Assembly: GCF_036963605.1 (NCBI RefSeq)
Contig: NZ_JBALUY010000002.1
Location: 961 to 64,960, forward strand
From: Phenylobacterium sp.
GTDB lineage: Bacteria; Pseudomonadota; Alphaproteobacteria; Caulobacterales; Caulobacteraceae
Direction of reading: 5' to 3'
Length of the DNA stretch: 64,000 nt
Both the position numbers and the translations under genes were made by a program. The notes under the pieces are model-generated. The model made no database searches. It was given only the letters and a program-made list of their open reading frames with translations, and was not told the origin of the DNA. The first letter of the stretch is position 1. Each line of letters begins with the position of its first letter. This document shows, in pieces, positions 17,790 through 27,068 of this stretch.

Positions 17790-18308
17790 TTACGGCTCAC
17801 TCCCAAACCCCACCCGCGCCACCGCCTCCCACGGCCCTCCCAGATAGCGCCACACCAGCAGCCCCTCGGCGGTGATGTCGAAGGGTTCGAACTCCAGCTG
17901 CAGCCGCTCGCACAGGGTCCGCGCCTCGGCCGGGTCAGCCTTGTTCTGGATGGTGATGTGGGGACGGAAGGGGGCGCGGTCCTGGGGCGTCAGCCAGGGT
18001 CCGACGGCCTGCGCCAGTTCAGCGCGCATGGCTTCAAGTTCGGCCGAGGCGATTCGATAGGCCACCCCGCGGCCGATGAACCAGGGCCCACGCACCGCCA
18101 GGGTCATCGGCGCGCGGCGCGCGCAGGCCGCCTTCAGCGTCTCGGCGATGAAGGGCTCCTGGTCGCCCGGCAGGGCGTGGAACAGGGTCAGGTGCGCCGG
18201 AACCACATTGCGCGCCTTCGGAAAATGCGCCCGGCGCAGGTCGTCGAACCAGTCGAAACTCCCCTCATCCAGGGCCGCGGTGACGATCAGCGGCGGGTGC
18301 TCCATCAT
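17790..18308 (-). CDS. 2H phosphoesterase superfamily protein (2'-5' RNA ligase-like)
   Basis: Two H-x-T-x motifs: AHLTLFHAL and PHITIQNK. Confidence 0.8.
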   Translation of the reverse strand: MMEHPPLIVTAALDEGSFDWFDDLRRAHFPKARNVVPAHLTLFHALPGDQEPFIAETLKAACARRAPMTLAVRGPWFIGRGVAYRIASAELEAMRAELAQAVGPWLTPQDRAPFRPHITIQNKADPAEARTLCERLQLEFEPFDITAEGLLVWRYLGGPWEAVARVGFGSEP

Positions 18309-18462
18309 CCTTGTCTTCCCTCTTCCATGCCGCGTCGCCTCCCTATGCTCTAGCTTCCGGTATGCCCTGCCGGCCAGTTGACCTTTGGGTCAGGCTCGGG
18401 CTTGCTCAGCCGATAGAGACGCGCCGATCCATTTTAAGAGCGTGCTCGGGGAGGATTTGAAA

Positions 18463-19992
18463 TTGGCCCAGAATTCATCGGGCGTCAGCGAGCGGCTGCC
18501 GTTCAAGACCAAGCTCGCCTTTGGGGTCGGCAGCGGCGCGGAGTCCATCGCGCTCTTCTCCGTCGGCTCCTACGCCATGCTCTACTATAATCAGGTTCTC
18601 GGCCTTGAGGCCCACCTGGCGGGCCTGGCCATCTCGGCCAGCCTGTTCCTGGACGGGATTTCCGACCCCCTGGTGGGGTCGCTGTCGGACCGCACCAAGT
18701 CGCGCTGGGGCCGGCGCCACGTCTACATGTTCTTCGCCCCCATCCCCATCGTCCTGTCCCTGTGGGCGGTGTTCAATCCGCCGGACGGCCTGGGGACCTG
18801 GGCGCTGTTCTCCTGGTTCGCCGTGACGGTGGTCATGCTGCGCCAGTCGATGACCTTCTATCATACGCCACACCTGGCCTTGGGCAGCGAGCTCAGTCGC
18901 GACTACACCGAACGCTCCAAGGTGATGTCCTACAACAGCTTCTTCACCTGGGCAGGCGCAGCGGCCACCACCTGGATTGCGCTGTCCTACTTCTTCCAGG
19001 CGACGCCGGAATATCCCCGTGGCCTGCTGAATCCGGAGCCCTACGGGCCGTTCTCGGTGATCATGGGGGGCATCGCGCTCGCCCTGCTGGCGGCCTCGGC
19101 CTGGTTCACCCGCGACCGCATCCCGCACCTGCCCAAGCCGCCGGAGAACCTGCCGAAATACAGCCCCTTCGAATTCTTCAAGGACATCGGCAAGGCGTTC
19201 AACAACATCAACTATGTCTGGCTGCTGGTGGCCTACTTCTTCCTCAGCATGATGATCGGCCTGCGCGGCGGCCTGCACCTCTATACCAACACCTACTATT
19301 GGCACCTCGGGTCGGAGCAGATCCGCTTTTTCGTCATCGGCTCCTTCGCCGGATACCTCTCGGCCTTCCTGTTCGCCGCCATGCTGCACGGTCGGTTCGA
19401 CAAGAAGGCGACCATCATCGTCTCGGCCATCGTCTACGCCCTGGCCCCGTCGATCCCGATCCTGATGGGCTTCGCGGGCGCGCTGACGCCGCAGACGCCC
19501 AACCTGCTGGCCATCCTCATCGCCTTTTCGGTGCTCAGCTATGGGGCCGCCAGCGTCCTGTCGATCAGCATCATGTCGGCCCTGGCCGACATCGCCGACG
19601 AGAATGAGCTGAAATTCGGCCTGCGGCAGGAGGGCGTGCTCTACTCCACCCGCGCCCTTTTCGCCAAGGTCGACCAGGCCATCGGCGCGGCCCTGGCCGG
19701 CTTCGTCCTGACCCTCATCGCCTTCCCCACCAAGGCCAAGGTGGGCGAGGTCCCCGCCGAGGTGATCTGGAACCTGGCCCTCTGGGACGGGATCCTGGCC
19801 GGCGTCCCCGGCTTCATCGCCGTCTTCTTCTACGCCCGCTACAAGATCACCCGGGCGACCTACGAAGAGACCAAGGCCGCCCTGGCCGCACGCCGGGCCG
19901 AGACCCTGGCGCCCCAGGCGACGGCCGGATCTGCAGCGATCGACGTGCCCCAGCCGCTGGTTCCGCCGGTGGCTCCGCGCCCTGCCGAGTAG
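18463..19992 (+). CDS. GPH-family (MelB-like) glycoside/cation symporter, MFS superfamily
   Basis: LPFKTKLAFGVGSGAESIA...DGISDPLVGSLSDRTKSRWGRR is the GPH signature region. The start is uncertain: TTG at 18463 lies 7 nt after GGAGGA, and the track ORF begins at 18385. Confidence 0.8.
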   Translation: MAQNSSGVSERLPFKTKLAFGVGSGAESIALFSVGSYAMLYYNQVLGLEAHLAGLAISASLFLDGISDPLVGSLSDRTKSRWGRRHVYMFFAPIPIVLSLWAVFNPPDGLGTWALFSWFAVTVVMLRQSMTFYHTPHLALGSELSRDYTERSKVMSYNSFFTWAGAAATTWIALSYFFQATPEYPRGLLNPEPYGPFSVIMGGIALALLAASAWFTRDRIPHLPKPPENLPKYSPFEFFKDIGKAFNNINYVWLLVAYFFLSMMIGLRGGLHLYTNTYYWHLGSEQIRFFVIGSFAGYLSAFLFAAMLHGRFDKKATIIVSAIVYALAPSIPILMGFAGALTPQTPNLLAILIAFSVLSYGAASVLSISIMSALADIADENELKFGLRQEGVLYSTRALFAKVDQAIGAALAGFVLTLIAFPTKAKVGEVPAEVIWNLALWDGILAGVPGFIAVFFYARYKITRATYEETKAALAARRAETLAPQATAGSAAIDVPQPLVPPVAPRPAE

Positions 19993-20004
19993 CCGGGCGC
20001 AGAA

Positions 20005-20032
20005 AAGGCCCCTGCCTTGCGGCGGGGGCCTT
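20005..20032. terminator. GC-rich hairpin between convergent genes (bidirectional terminator candidate)
   Basis: AAGGCCCCTGCC-ttgc-GGCGGGGGCCTT. A T-run follows on the minus-strand reading (CCTTTTCT). Confidence 0.55.
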
Positions 20033-20063
20033 CTCCAACTTCAGTCAACTATGCCGGCTAGGC

Positions 20064-20648
20064 TTATTCGGCCGGCATCAGGACGGTGTCGATCACGTGG
20101 ATCACGCCGTTGGACTGGTCGAGATCGGTGGCCGTCACCATGGCCGTGCCGCCGCGAGCGTCGGTCAGCTGAACGGCGCCATCCACCATCGTAGCGGTCA
20201 GCTCGTCGCCCTCGACCGTGGTCAGGGTGGCCGTTCCGCCGCCGGCTTCGATGGCGGCCATCAGGTCGGCGGCCATCATCTCACCGGCCACCACGTGATA
20301 GGTCAGGACCGAGGTCAGCATGTCCTTGGAGTCAGGCTGCATCAGCGTGTCGACCGTGCCGTCGGGGAGCTTGTCGAAGGCGGCGTTGGTCGGGGCGAAG
20401 ACCGTATAGGGACCAGGACCCGACAGGGTCTCCACGAGGCCTGCGGTCTGGATGGCGGTCACCAGGGTGGTGTGGTCGGGCGAGGCCTGGGCGCCGGCGA
20501 CGATGTTGGTCTCCATGGCGGCGGGCTCGGCGGTCGCCATCGGCGCGGCGTCCGGGGCGGGCTCTTCGGGCTGCGAACAGGCGGCCAGGGTGAAGGCCAT
20601 GGCGATGGCGGAGGCGCCGGCGAGAATGCGGGTTTTCGGGTCGGTCAT
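20064..20648 (-). CDS. fasciclin (FAS1) domain lipoprotein
   Basis: Lipobox FTLAAC-S, then TLVTAIQTAGLVETLSGPGPYTVFAPTNAAFDKLP...NGVIHVIDTVLMP, the FAS1 hallmarks. Confidence 0.88.
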   Translation of the reverse strand: MTDPKTRILAGASAIAMAFTLAACSQPEEPAPDAAPMATAEPAAMETNIVAGAQASPDHTTLVTAIQTAGLVETLSGPGPYTVFAPTNAAFDKLPDGTVDTLMQPDSKDMLTSVLTYHVVAGEMMAADLMAAIEAGGGTATLTTVEGDELTATMVDGAVQLTDARGGTAMVTATDLDQSNGVIHVIDTVLMPAE

Positions 20649-20840
20649 AGCTAGTCCCTCGTAGTCAGCGCGGCCGCGATCGGCGCGACGGCTAAGGTGG
20701 ATACGCGTCAAGCCCCTTCACGGATGCGTCATCGCCACTTTCCTTGCGCCTCCGCCGTGGAGGCAAGCTGCGCCATTGCCAGGGAGGCCAGCGCCTTCTA
20801 GGGTCCGCCTCCTTCTCATCTTCATCACGGGCGAACGCCC

Positions 20841-21833
20841 ATGCCACAGATCCTCGTCGAGGACCTGGCCAAGACCTATCGCGTCGCCGAACGCGATCCC
20901 GGCCTGCTGGGCGCGGTCAAGGGTCTGGTCCATCGTCGCCACCGCACGGTCGAGGCCCTGCGCGACGTCTCCTTTTCCCTGGAGGCGGGCGAACTGCTGG
21001 GCTTCATCGGCCCAAACGGCGCGGGCAAGTCCACCACCATCAAGATCCTCTCGGGCATCCTGAAGCCTGACGCCGGCGTGGTGCTGGTGAACGGCCGCGT
21101 GCCCTTCACCGACCGCATCGCCCATGTGTCGAGGATCGGCGTGGTGTTCGGCCAGCGCAGCCAGCTCTGGTGGGACCTGCCGGTCTCCGAGGGGTTCGAC
21201 CTGCTGGCCGACATCTATCGCGTCGAACCCGCCCGCTACCGCGCCAACCGCGACGAGCTGGTCGCCCTGCTGCGCCTGGAGCGGGTGCTGGACCAGCCGG
21301 TGCGCCAGCTGTCGCTGGGCCAGCGGATGCGCGCCGAGATCGCCGCGGCCCTGCTGCATGAGCCCGACATCCTGTTCCTGGATGAGCCGACCATCGGCCT
21401 GGACGCCCCGTCCAAGCTCGCCGTCCGCGAGGTGGTCCGGCGGCTGAACCGCGAACGCGGCGTCACCGTCCTGCTCACCACCCACGACATGCACGACATC
21501 GAGGCGCTGGCGCAGCGGGTCATCGTCATCGGCCATGGTCAGGTCCTGGCCGACAGCCCCTTCGAGGCCCTGCGCGCCAATGTCCTGGCCGAGCGGCGTC
21601 TGGTCATCGACTTCGCCCACGACGCACCGGAGATCACCATGGCCGGCGTCGAGATCCGTAGCCGCCAGGGCCAGACCCTGGAACTCGCCTTCGATCCCGC
21701 CCAGACGCCGACGCCCAACCTGATCGGGGCCATCGCGGCAGCGCATGAGGTGGTCGATATCCATGTCGGCGAGCCGGCCATCGAAGAGGTCATCGCCCGC
21801 TTCTACGATCTGCATGGCGCGGGCGAGGCCTGA
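20841..21833 (+). CDS. ABC transporter ATP-binding protein (ABC-2 type)
   Basis: Walker A GPNGAGKST, signature LSLGQRMR, Walker B ILFLDEPT, H-loop TTHDM. Confidence 0.9.
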   Translation: MPQILVEDLAKTYRVAERDPGLLGAVKGLVHRRHRTVEALRDVSFSLEAGELLGFIGPNGAGKSTTIKILSGILKPDAGVVLVNGRVPFTDRIAHVSRIGVVFGQRSQLWWDLPVSEGFDLLADIYRVEPARYRANRDELVALLRLERVLDQPVRQLSLGQRMRAEIAAALLHEPDILFLDEPTIGLDAPSKLAVREVVRRLNRERGVTVLLTTHDMHDIEALAQRVIVIGHGQVLADSPFEALRANVLAERRLVIDFAHDAPEITMAGVEIRSRQGQTLELAFDPAQTPTPNLIGAIAAAHEVVDIHVGEPAIEEVIARFYDLHGAGEA

Positions 21834-21841
21834 GTCCGCCC

Positions 21842-22675
21842 ATGGACGCCGTCCGCCCCTACCTCGCCGCCTTCTCCAGCCGCTTCCTGCTGATGCTGCA
21901 ATACCGCGCCGCGGCCATCGCCGGCTTCGCCACCCAGTGCTGGTGGGGCGGCATCAAGGTGATGATCTATGCGGCCTTCTTCGCCGCAGCGCCTGGCGCG
22001 GCAGCGGCCTCGCCCATGACCCTGGCTCAGGCGATCACCTATGTCTGGATGGCCCAGGCCCTTCTGGCCCTGACTCCGTGGGGCGCAGATCCCGACATAG
22101 CTCAGGCGGTCCGCACTGGCTCGGTGGCCTATGACCGCCTGAGGCCAGTGGACACCTACTGGCTCTGGTATGTGCGTGGCGGCGCCTGGATGGTCTCCCG
22201 CGCCGCGCCGCGGGCCGCGCTGATGCTGCTCGCCGCAGGTCTCGCCCTGCCGCTGCTGGGCCTTTCGGACTGGGCCTGGGGCTCGCCCCCCGACCTGGCA
22301 GCCGCGGCCTTCTTCACCGTCAGTCTGGCGCTGGCGGTCGCCCTGTCCTCGGCCATGCTGATGCTGGTCAACCTCGTGGTCGCCGCCACCCTGACGGACC
22401 GGGGAGCGGTGACGCTCTACAATCCCCTGCTCATCGTCTTCTCCGGCAACCTCCTGCCGCTGGCCCTCTATCCCGACTGGGCGCAGACCGCCCTGCTGAT
22501 GCAACCCTTCGCCGGCATGCTGGATATTCCCCTGCGCCTCTATGTGGGCCAGCTCACCGGCGCATGGGCCTGGGCAGGCCTTGGCCTGCAGGTCTTCTGG
22601 ACGCTGCTCCTGATCCTGGTCGGCCGCGCAGGCCTGACCCGCGTCATGGCCCGCCTCGAAGTCCAGGGCGGCTGA
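21842..22675 (+). CDS. ABC-2 family transporter permease
   Basis: 277-aa six-TM-like protein directly after the ATPase gene. Confidence 0.75.
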   Translation: MDAVRPYLAAFSSRFLLMLQYRAAAIAGFATQCWWGGIKVMIYAAFFAAAPGAAAASPMTLAQAITYVWMAQALLALTPWGADPDIAQAVRTGSVAYDRLRPVDTYWLWYVRGGAWMVSRAAPRAALMLLAAGLALPLLGLSDWAWGSPPDLAAAAFFTVSLALAVALSSAMLMLVNLVVAATLTDRGAVTLYNPLLIVFSGNLLPLALYPDWAQTALLMQPFAGMLDIPLRLYVGQLTGAWAWAGLGLQVFWTLLLILVGRAGLTRVMARLEVQGG

Positions 22676-22677
22676 AG

Positions 22678-23481
22678 ATGAACAGCCTCGCCCTGCTCAG
22701 CCGCTACTACGCCGCCTCCATGCGCGCCCAGATGCAGTACCCGGCCTCGGCCATCATGCTGGGGATCGGCGCCTTCCTGGTCACCATCATCGACATGCTG
22801 GCGGTCTGGGCCCTGTTCGACCGCTTCGGCCAGGTGCAGGGCTGGGGGCTCGGCGATATCGCCGTCTTCTATGGGGTGATCTCGGCGAGCTTCGCCATCA
22901 CCGACTTCTTCACCCGGGGATTCGACATCTTCGGATCGGCCTTCGTCAAAACCGGCGCCTTCGACCGGGTGCTGTTGCGGCCACGCTCGCCCACGCTTCA
23001 GCTGATCGGCTACGAATTCCGCCTCAGCCGCTTCGGCCGGCTGGCCCAGGCCCTGCTGGTCCTCTTCGTCGGCGCCGCGGTGGTCGATCTCCAGTGGACG
23101 CCCGAGAAGGCGGTCCTGCTCGCCTGGACCATCGCCGGCGGCGTCGCCCTCTTTGCGGGTCTCATGGTCCTGCAGGCCAGCTTCGCCTTCTGGACCACCG
23201 AAAGCCTGGAGGTGTTCAACGTCCTGACCTATGGCGGCGTCCAGGCCGGCCAATTTCCGCTCAGCCTTTATGCGGGCTGGTTCCGGAACCTGTTGATCTT
23301 CATCGTGCCCATAGGCTGTGTCGCCTACTATCCCGTGCTGGCCTTGCTCGACCAGCCCGACCCCCTCGGCGCGCCGGGCTGGTGGCTACCGCTCGCGCCA
23401 GCCATGGGCTTCGTTTTCCTGACCGCATCCTTCCTCGCCTGGCGCGCCGGCATCGCCCGCTACACCTCGACGGGCAGCTGA
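22678..23481 (+). CDS. ABC-2 family transporter permease (second subunit)
   Basis: The ATG at 22678 is 2 nt after the previous stop. Polytopic. Sequence starts MNSLALLSRYYAASMRAQMQYPASAIM. Confidence 0.75.
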   Translation: MNSLALLSRYYAASMRAQMQYPASAIMLGIGAFLVTIIDMLAVWALFDRFGQVQGWGLGDIAVFYGVISASFAITDFFTRGFDIFGSAFVKTGAFDRVLLRPRSPTLQLIGYEFRLSRFGRLAQALLVLFVGAAVVDLQWTPEKAVLLAWTIAGGVALFAGLMVLQASFAFWTTESLEVFNVLTYGGVQAGQFPLSLYAGWFRNLLIFIVPIGCVAYYPVLALLDQPDPLGAPGWWLPLAPAMGFVFLTASFLAWRAGIARYTSTGS

Positions 23482-23489
23482 GTCAGCGG

Positions 23490-23586
23490 CCCCTCCCCCT
23501 CGTCATTTCCGGCCCTGTGCCGGGAATTCCTCGCGACGCTCGCGCTCGCCCTCGACAGGGATGCTCGCCACAAGGGCGAGCATGAC
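23490..23586 (+). repeat. 97-bp multi-hairpin REP/MITE-like element, copy A
   Basis: CCCCTCCCCCTCGTCATTTCCGGCCCTGTGCCGGGAATTCC...ATGCTCGCCACAAGGGCGAGCATGAC. Contains stem-loops TTCCGGCC/GCCGGGAA, CGCGA/TCGCG and ATGCTCGCC/GGCGAGCAT. Nearly identical to copy B. Confidence 0.85.
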
Positions 23587-23664
23587 CGACGATCTGGAAG
23601 TCGACGGGCTGGCGAATATCGCCTCGACACGCTATATGACCACCTAGATAGTCAGGAGCTAACA

Positions 23665-23907
23665 ATGAGCGCCGTGAGCCTCGCCGACGCAAAAGCCCAT
23701 CTCAGCGAATTGGTGGATCGGGTGGAAAGCGGAGAGTCCATCGAGATCACCCGCCGCGGCAAGCGTGTCGCCCGCCTGACAACCACAGATCGTCCGCGGA
23801 AGGCGATCAGTCTGGCCGCACTCCAGGCTCTGACCCTAGCCACGCCCCCTCCCACCCAGGACGCCGCCGACCTCATCCGCGGCATGCGCGATGGCGAGCG
23901 CTATTGA
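23665..23907 (+). CDS. Phd/YefM-type antitoxin
   Basis: [38 protein letters not shown] is a canonical Phd/YefM N-terminus. The stop overlaps the toxin start (TTGA). Confidence 0.85.
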   Translation: MSAVSLADAKAHLSELVDRVESGESIEITRRGKRVARLTTTDRPRKAISLAALQALTLATPPPTQDAADLIRGMRDGERY

Positions 23908-24332
23908 GCGCCTATGTCGACACCTCGGTGATCATCGCGGCGCTGTCCAATGAGCCCGCGACGGCGCGGGCGCAGGCCTGGCTCACAGACCAGAGCCCCG
24001 GTGACCTGCTGATCAGCGACTGGACGGTGACCGAAGTCTCCTCAGCCCTGTCGATCAAGCTGCGGACGGGCCAGATCGACCTGAATCAGCGCGCAGCGTC
24101 TCTAGCTCTGTTCCGCCAACTGGTCGCCGAAAGCTTCATCCTGCTGCCCGTAACAAGCGCACAGTTCCAGACGGCCGCGCGGTTCGTGGACCAGCACCAG
24201 CTCGGCCTCCGCGCCGGCGACGCCCTTCATCTGGCCACAGCGTCCGACGCCGGCGCCGTTGTCCAGACCCTGGACCACCGCCTGGCCCGGGCCGGACCGG
24301 AGCTCGGCGTTCCCAGCGAGCTTCTGGCCTGA
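23904..24332 (+). CDS. vapC: PIN-domain toxin VapC
   Basis: [11 protein letters not shown] (first acidic residue), TVTEVSSAL, and GDALHLATA are PIN motifs. TTG start. Confidence 0.85.
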   Translation: MSAYVDTSVIIAALSNEPATARAQAWLTDQSPGDLLISDWTVTEVSSALSIKLRTGQIDLNQRAASLALFRQLVAESFILLPVTSAQFQTAARFVDQHQLGLRAGDALHLATASDAGAVVQTLDHRLARAGPELGVPSELLA

Positions 24333-24338
24333 GCGCTG

Positions 24339-24435
24339 CCCCTCCCCTTCGTCATTCCCGGCCTTGTGCCGGGAATCCCTCGCGACGCTCGCGCCTGCCC
24401 TCGACAGGGATGCTCGCCACAAGGGCGAGCATGAC
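24339..24435 (+). repeat. 97-bp multi-hairpin REP/MITE-like element, copy B
   Basis: Direct repeat of copy A. I count 6 mismatches over about 96 aligned positions by eye. Its ends CCCCTTCGTCAT...ATGACGAAAAGGGG are themselves inverted. Confidence 0.85.
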
Positions 24436-24455
24436 GAAAAGGGGGGGTCTGCGTT

Positions 24456-25460
24456 CTACTCAGCCGCCATCAGCACCCGGCCGGCGGTGAACGAGGTCTT
24501 CTCGGCCAGGGACGCCTTGGCCGCCTCGTATTCCGCGGCGAGCTTGGCCACCAGTTCGCCGGCGCCCAGGATCTCCTCCACCGCGCCGATGCCCTGGCCG
24601 CAGCCCCAGATGTCCTTCCAGGCCTTGGCCTTGGTGTTGCCGCCCGAGCCGAAGTTCATCTTCGACGGATCGGCCTCAGGCAGGTTGTCGGGGTCGAGGC
24701 CTGCGGCCAGGATCGAGGGCCGCAGATAGTTGCCGTGCACCCCGGTGAAGAGGTTCGAATAGACGATGTCCTCGCCGCGGCTCTCGACGATCATGTCCTT
24801 GTAGCCCTGGGCGGCGTTGGCCTCCTTCGTCGCGATGAAGGCCGAGCCGATATAGGCCAGGTCCGCCCCCATGGCCTGGGCGCCCAGAATGGCCGCGCCA
24901 TTGGCGATGGCGCCCGACAGGGCGATCGGCCCGTCGAACCAGGTCCGCAGTTCCTGGATCAGCGCAAACGGCGACAGAGCTCCGGCATGGCCGCCGGCCC
25001 CGGCCGCCACCGGGATCAGGCCGTCGGCGCCCTTTTCCACCGCCTTGCGGGCGAAGCGATCATTGATGATGTCGTGCATGACGATGCCGCCATAGGCGTG
25101 CACCGCCTGGTTCACATCCTCCCGCGCGCCCAGCGAGGTGATGATGATCGGAACCTTGTACTTGGCCGCCATCTCCACGTCGTGCTCCAGCCGGTCGTTG
25201 GTCTTGTGCACGATCTGGTTCACGGCGAAGGGCGCCGACGGCAGGTCGGGGTTCTTGGCGTCCCAGTCGGCCAACTCCTCAGTGATCTGAGCCAGCCACT
25301 CGTCCAGCTGGCTCGCCGGCCGAGCGTTCAGCGCCGGGAAAGAGCCGACGATGCCGGCCTTGCACTGGGCGATCACCAGCTCCGGGTTCGAGATGATGAA
25401 CAGGGGCGAGGCGATGGCCGGCAGGCGCAGGCGGTCACGGAGGATGGGCGGCAGGGCCAT
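24456..25460 (-). CDS. nitronate monooxygenase (NMO / 2-nitropropane dioxygenase family)
   Basis: MALPPILRDRLRLPAIASPLFIISNPELVIAQCKAGIVGSFPALN...LIPVAAGAGGHAG. AAGGAAA upstream of the ATG at 25460. The track ORF is over-extended. Confidence 0.88.
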   Translation of the reverse strand: MALPPILRDRLRLPAIASPLFIISNPELVIAQCKAGIVGSFPALNARPASQLDEWLAQITEELADWDAKNPDLPSAPFAVNQIVHKTNDRLEHDVEMAAKYKVPIIITSLGAREDVNQAVHAYGGIVMHDIINDRFARKAVEKGADGLIPVAAGAGGHAGALSPFALIQELRTWFDGPIALSGAIANGAAILGAQAMGADLAYIGSAFIATKEANAAQGYKDMIVESRGEDIVYSNLFTGVHGNYLRPSILAAGLDPDNLPEADPSKMNFGSGGNTKAKAWKDIWGCGQGIGAVEEILGAGELVAKLAAEYEAAKASLAEKTSFTAGRVLMAAE

Positions 25461-25634
25461 GGGCGTTTCCTTTGTCGGCGGACGTTCTGATTTACGATGT
25501 AAGCGGAAACCCCGCTCCGGCGCAAGAAGCCTCGCATGTTCCCATGACCAGACCCCACGGCCTCGAAAATCCGCGTCCAGGCGCCGTGGCGGCGCCCTTG
25601 ACGCTCCCCGCGCCCGCGGCTCATCACAGGGACG

Positions 25635-27068
25635 ATGGTCCAGATCGCTCCCCCCGCCGTGGAATTTCCGCCGGCCAGCGCCGAAGACTGGCGCGCCCTC
25701 GTCCTCAAGACCTTGGGCGACAAGCCCCCAGAGAGTCTGACCACCACCACGGCCGAAGGCCTGACCATCGCCCCGCTCTACGGGCCGATGGACGCCCAGC
25801 CCGTGCCAACCCGGCCCTTCGATCCCGACCGCCCCTGGGACCTGCGCGGCGCGACCCGCCATCCGGACCCGGCCCGGGCCAATGCCGACATCCTGGCCGA
25901 CCTCGAGGGCGGCGCGGCCTCGGTGCTGGTCGCCCTCGATCCTGAGGGCCAGGCCGGCTGCGCCGTTGGCTCGGCAGACGACATTGCCCAGGTCCTCGAC
26001 GGCGTCATTCTCGAGCTGGCGCCGGTCGCCCTGGACTCAGGCTTTCTGGGGACCATCGCGTCGGACTGGCTGAGCAGCGCCGCCAAGGCCGCCCCGGCCG
26101 CCCAGCTCCTGTTCCATCTCGATCCGCTCAGCGCTTTCGCCGCCGCAGGCGAAAGCCCCGGCCCCATCGAGGCCCACATCTTCGCCGCGGCTGGCGCCGC
26201 CGCCCGCCACGCCCAGACCTATCCCCAGGCGCAGCTCTTTCTGGCCTCCGGCGCCGTGGTCCACGAGGCCGGCGGCGGCGAGGCTTGTGAGATCGCATTC
26301 GCTGCGGCCAGTGCGCTCGCCTACGCCAAGGCCATGGTCCGGGCCGGCATGAGCCTGGAACAGGCCTTCGCACGCATCACCCTGGGCCTCGCCGCCGAGG
26401 CCGACTACTTCCTGACCATCGCCAAGCTGCGCGCCGCCCGGCTGGTCTGGGCCCGGCTCGTCGGCGCCTGTGGGCTGGACGTTCCGGCGCGGATCGAGGC
26501 CCGGTCCTCCCGGCGCATGCTCACCCGCCGCGATCCCTGGACGAACATGCTGCGCCTGACCTCGGCCGGCTTCGGGGCCGCGGTCGGCGGGGCGGACGCC
26601 GTCGTGCTTGGCGCCTTCACCGACGCCATCGGCCTGCCCTCAGCCCTGGCCCGTCGCCAGAGCCGCAACACCCAGCTGGTCCTGATGGAGGAGGCCCATA
26701 TCGGCCGCGTCGCCGATCCGGCCGCCGGCTCGGGCTATGTGGAGGCCCTGACCGACCAGCTCGCCCGCGCCGCCTGGTCGGCCTTTCAGGTCACCGAGGG
26801 GATGGGCGGCGTCGTTTCGGCCCTGACCGCTGGCCACATCGCCGCCGAGGTGGAGACCACCCGCGCCGCCCGCGCCGACCTCGGCCAGCCGGCCATTGTC
26901 GGCGTCACCGCCTTCCCGCCGGCCAAGGACGAGCCTGTCGAGATCGACACCCCGCCCGCCCGCAGCGTCGAGGCGCCCTCGCCCCGCCTCCCCGGCCCCG
27001 ACGGCCGATGCCCGCCGCTCGCGCCGCTGCGCCTCTCCGAACCCTTCGAGACCGAGGCCGCCCGATGA
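25635..27068 (+). CDS. mutA: methylmalonyl-CoA mutase small (beta) subunit
   Basis: [33 protein letters not shown] is a mutase N-terminus. It lacks a B12-binding domain. The stop overlaps the mutB start (ATGA at 27065-27068). Confidence 0.8.
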   Translation: MVQIAPPAVEFPPASAEDWRALVLKTLGDKPPESLTTTTAEGLTIAPLYGPMDAQPVPTRPFDPDRPWDLRGATRHPDPARANADILADLEGGAASVLVALDPEGQAGCAVGSADDIAQVLDGVILELAPVALDSGFLGTIASDWLSSAAKAAPAAQLLFHLDPLSAFAAAGESPGPIEAHIFAAAGAAARHAQTYPQAQLFLASGAVVHEAGGGEACEIAFAAASALAYAKAMVRAGMSLEQAFARITLGLAAEADYFLTIAKLRAARLVWARLVGACGLDVPARIEARSSRRMLTRRDPWTNMLRLTSAGFGAAVGGADAVVLGAFTDAIGLPSALARRQSRNTQLVLMEEAHIGRVADPAAGSGYVEALTDQLARAAWSAFQVTEGMGGVVSALTAGHIAAEVETTRAARADLGQPAIVGVTAFPPAKDEPVEIDTPPARSVEAPSPRLPGPDGRCPPLAPLRLSEPFETEAAR

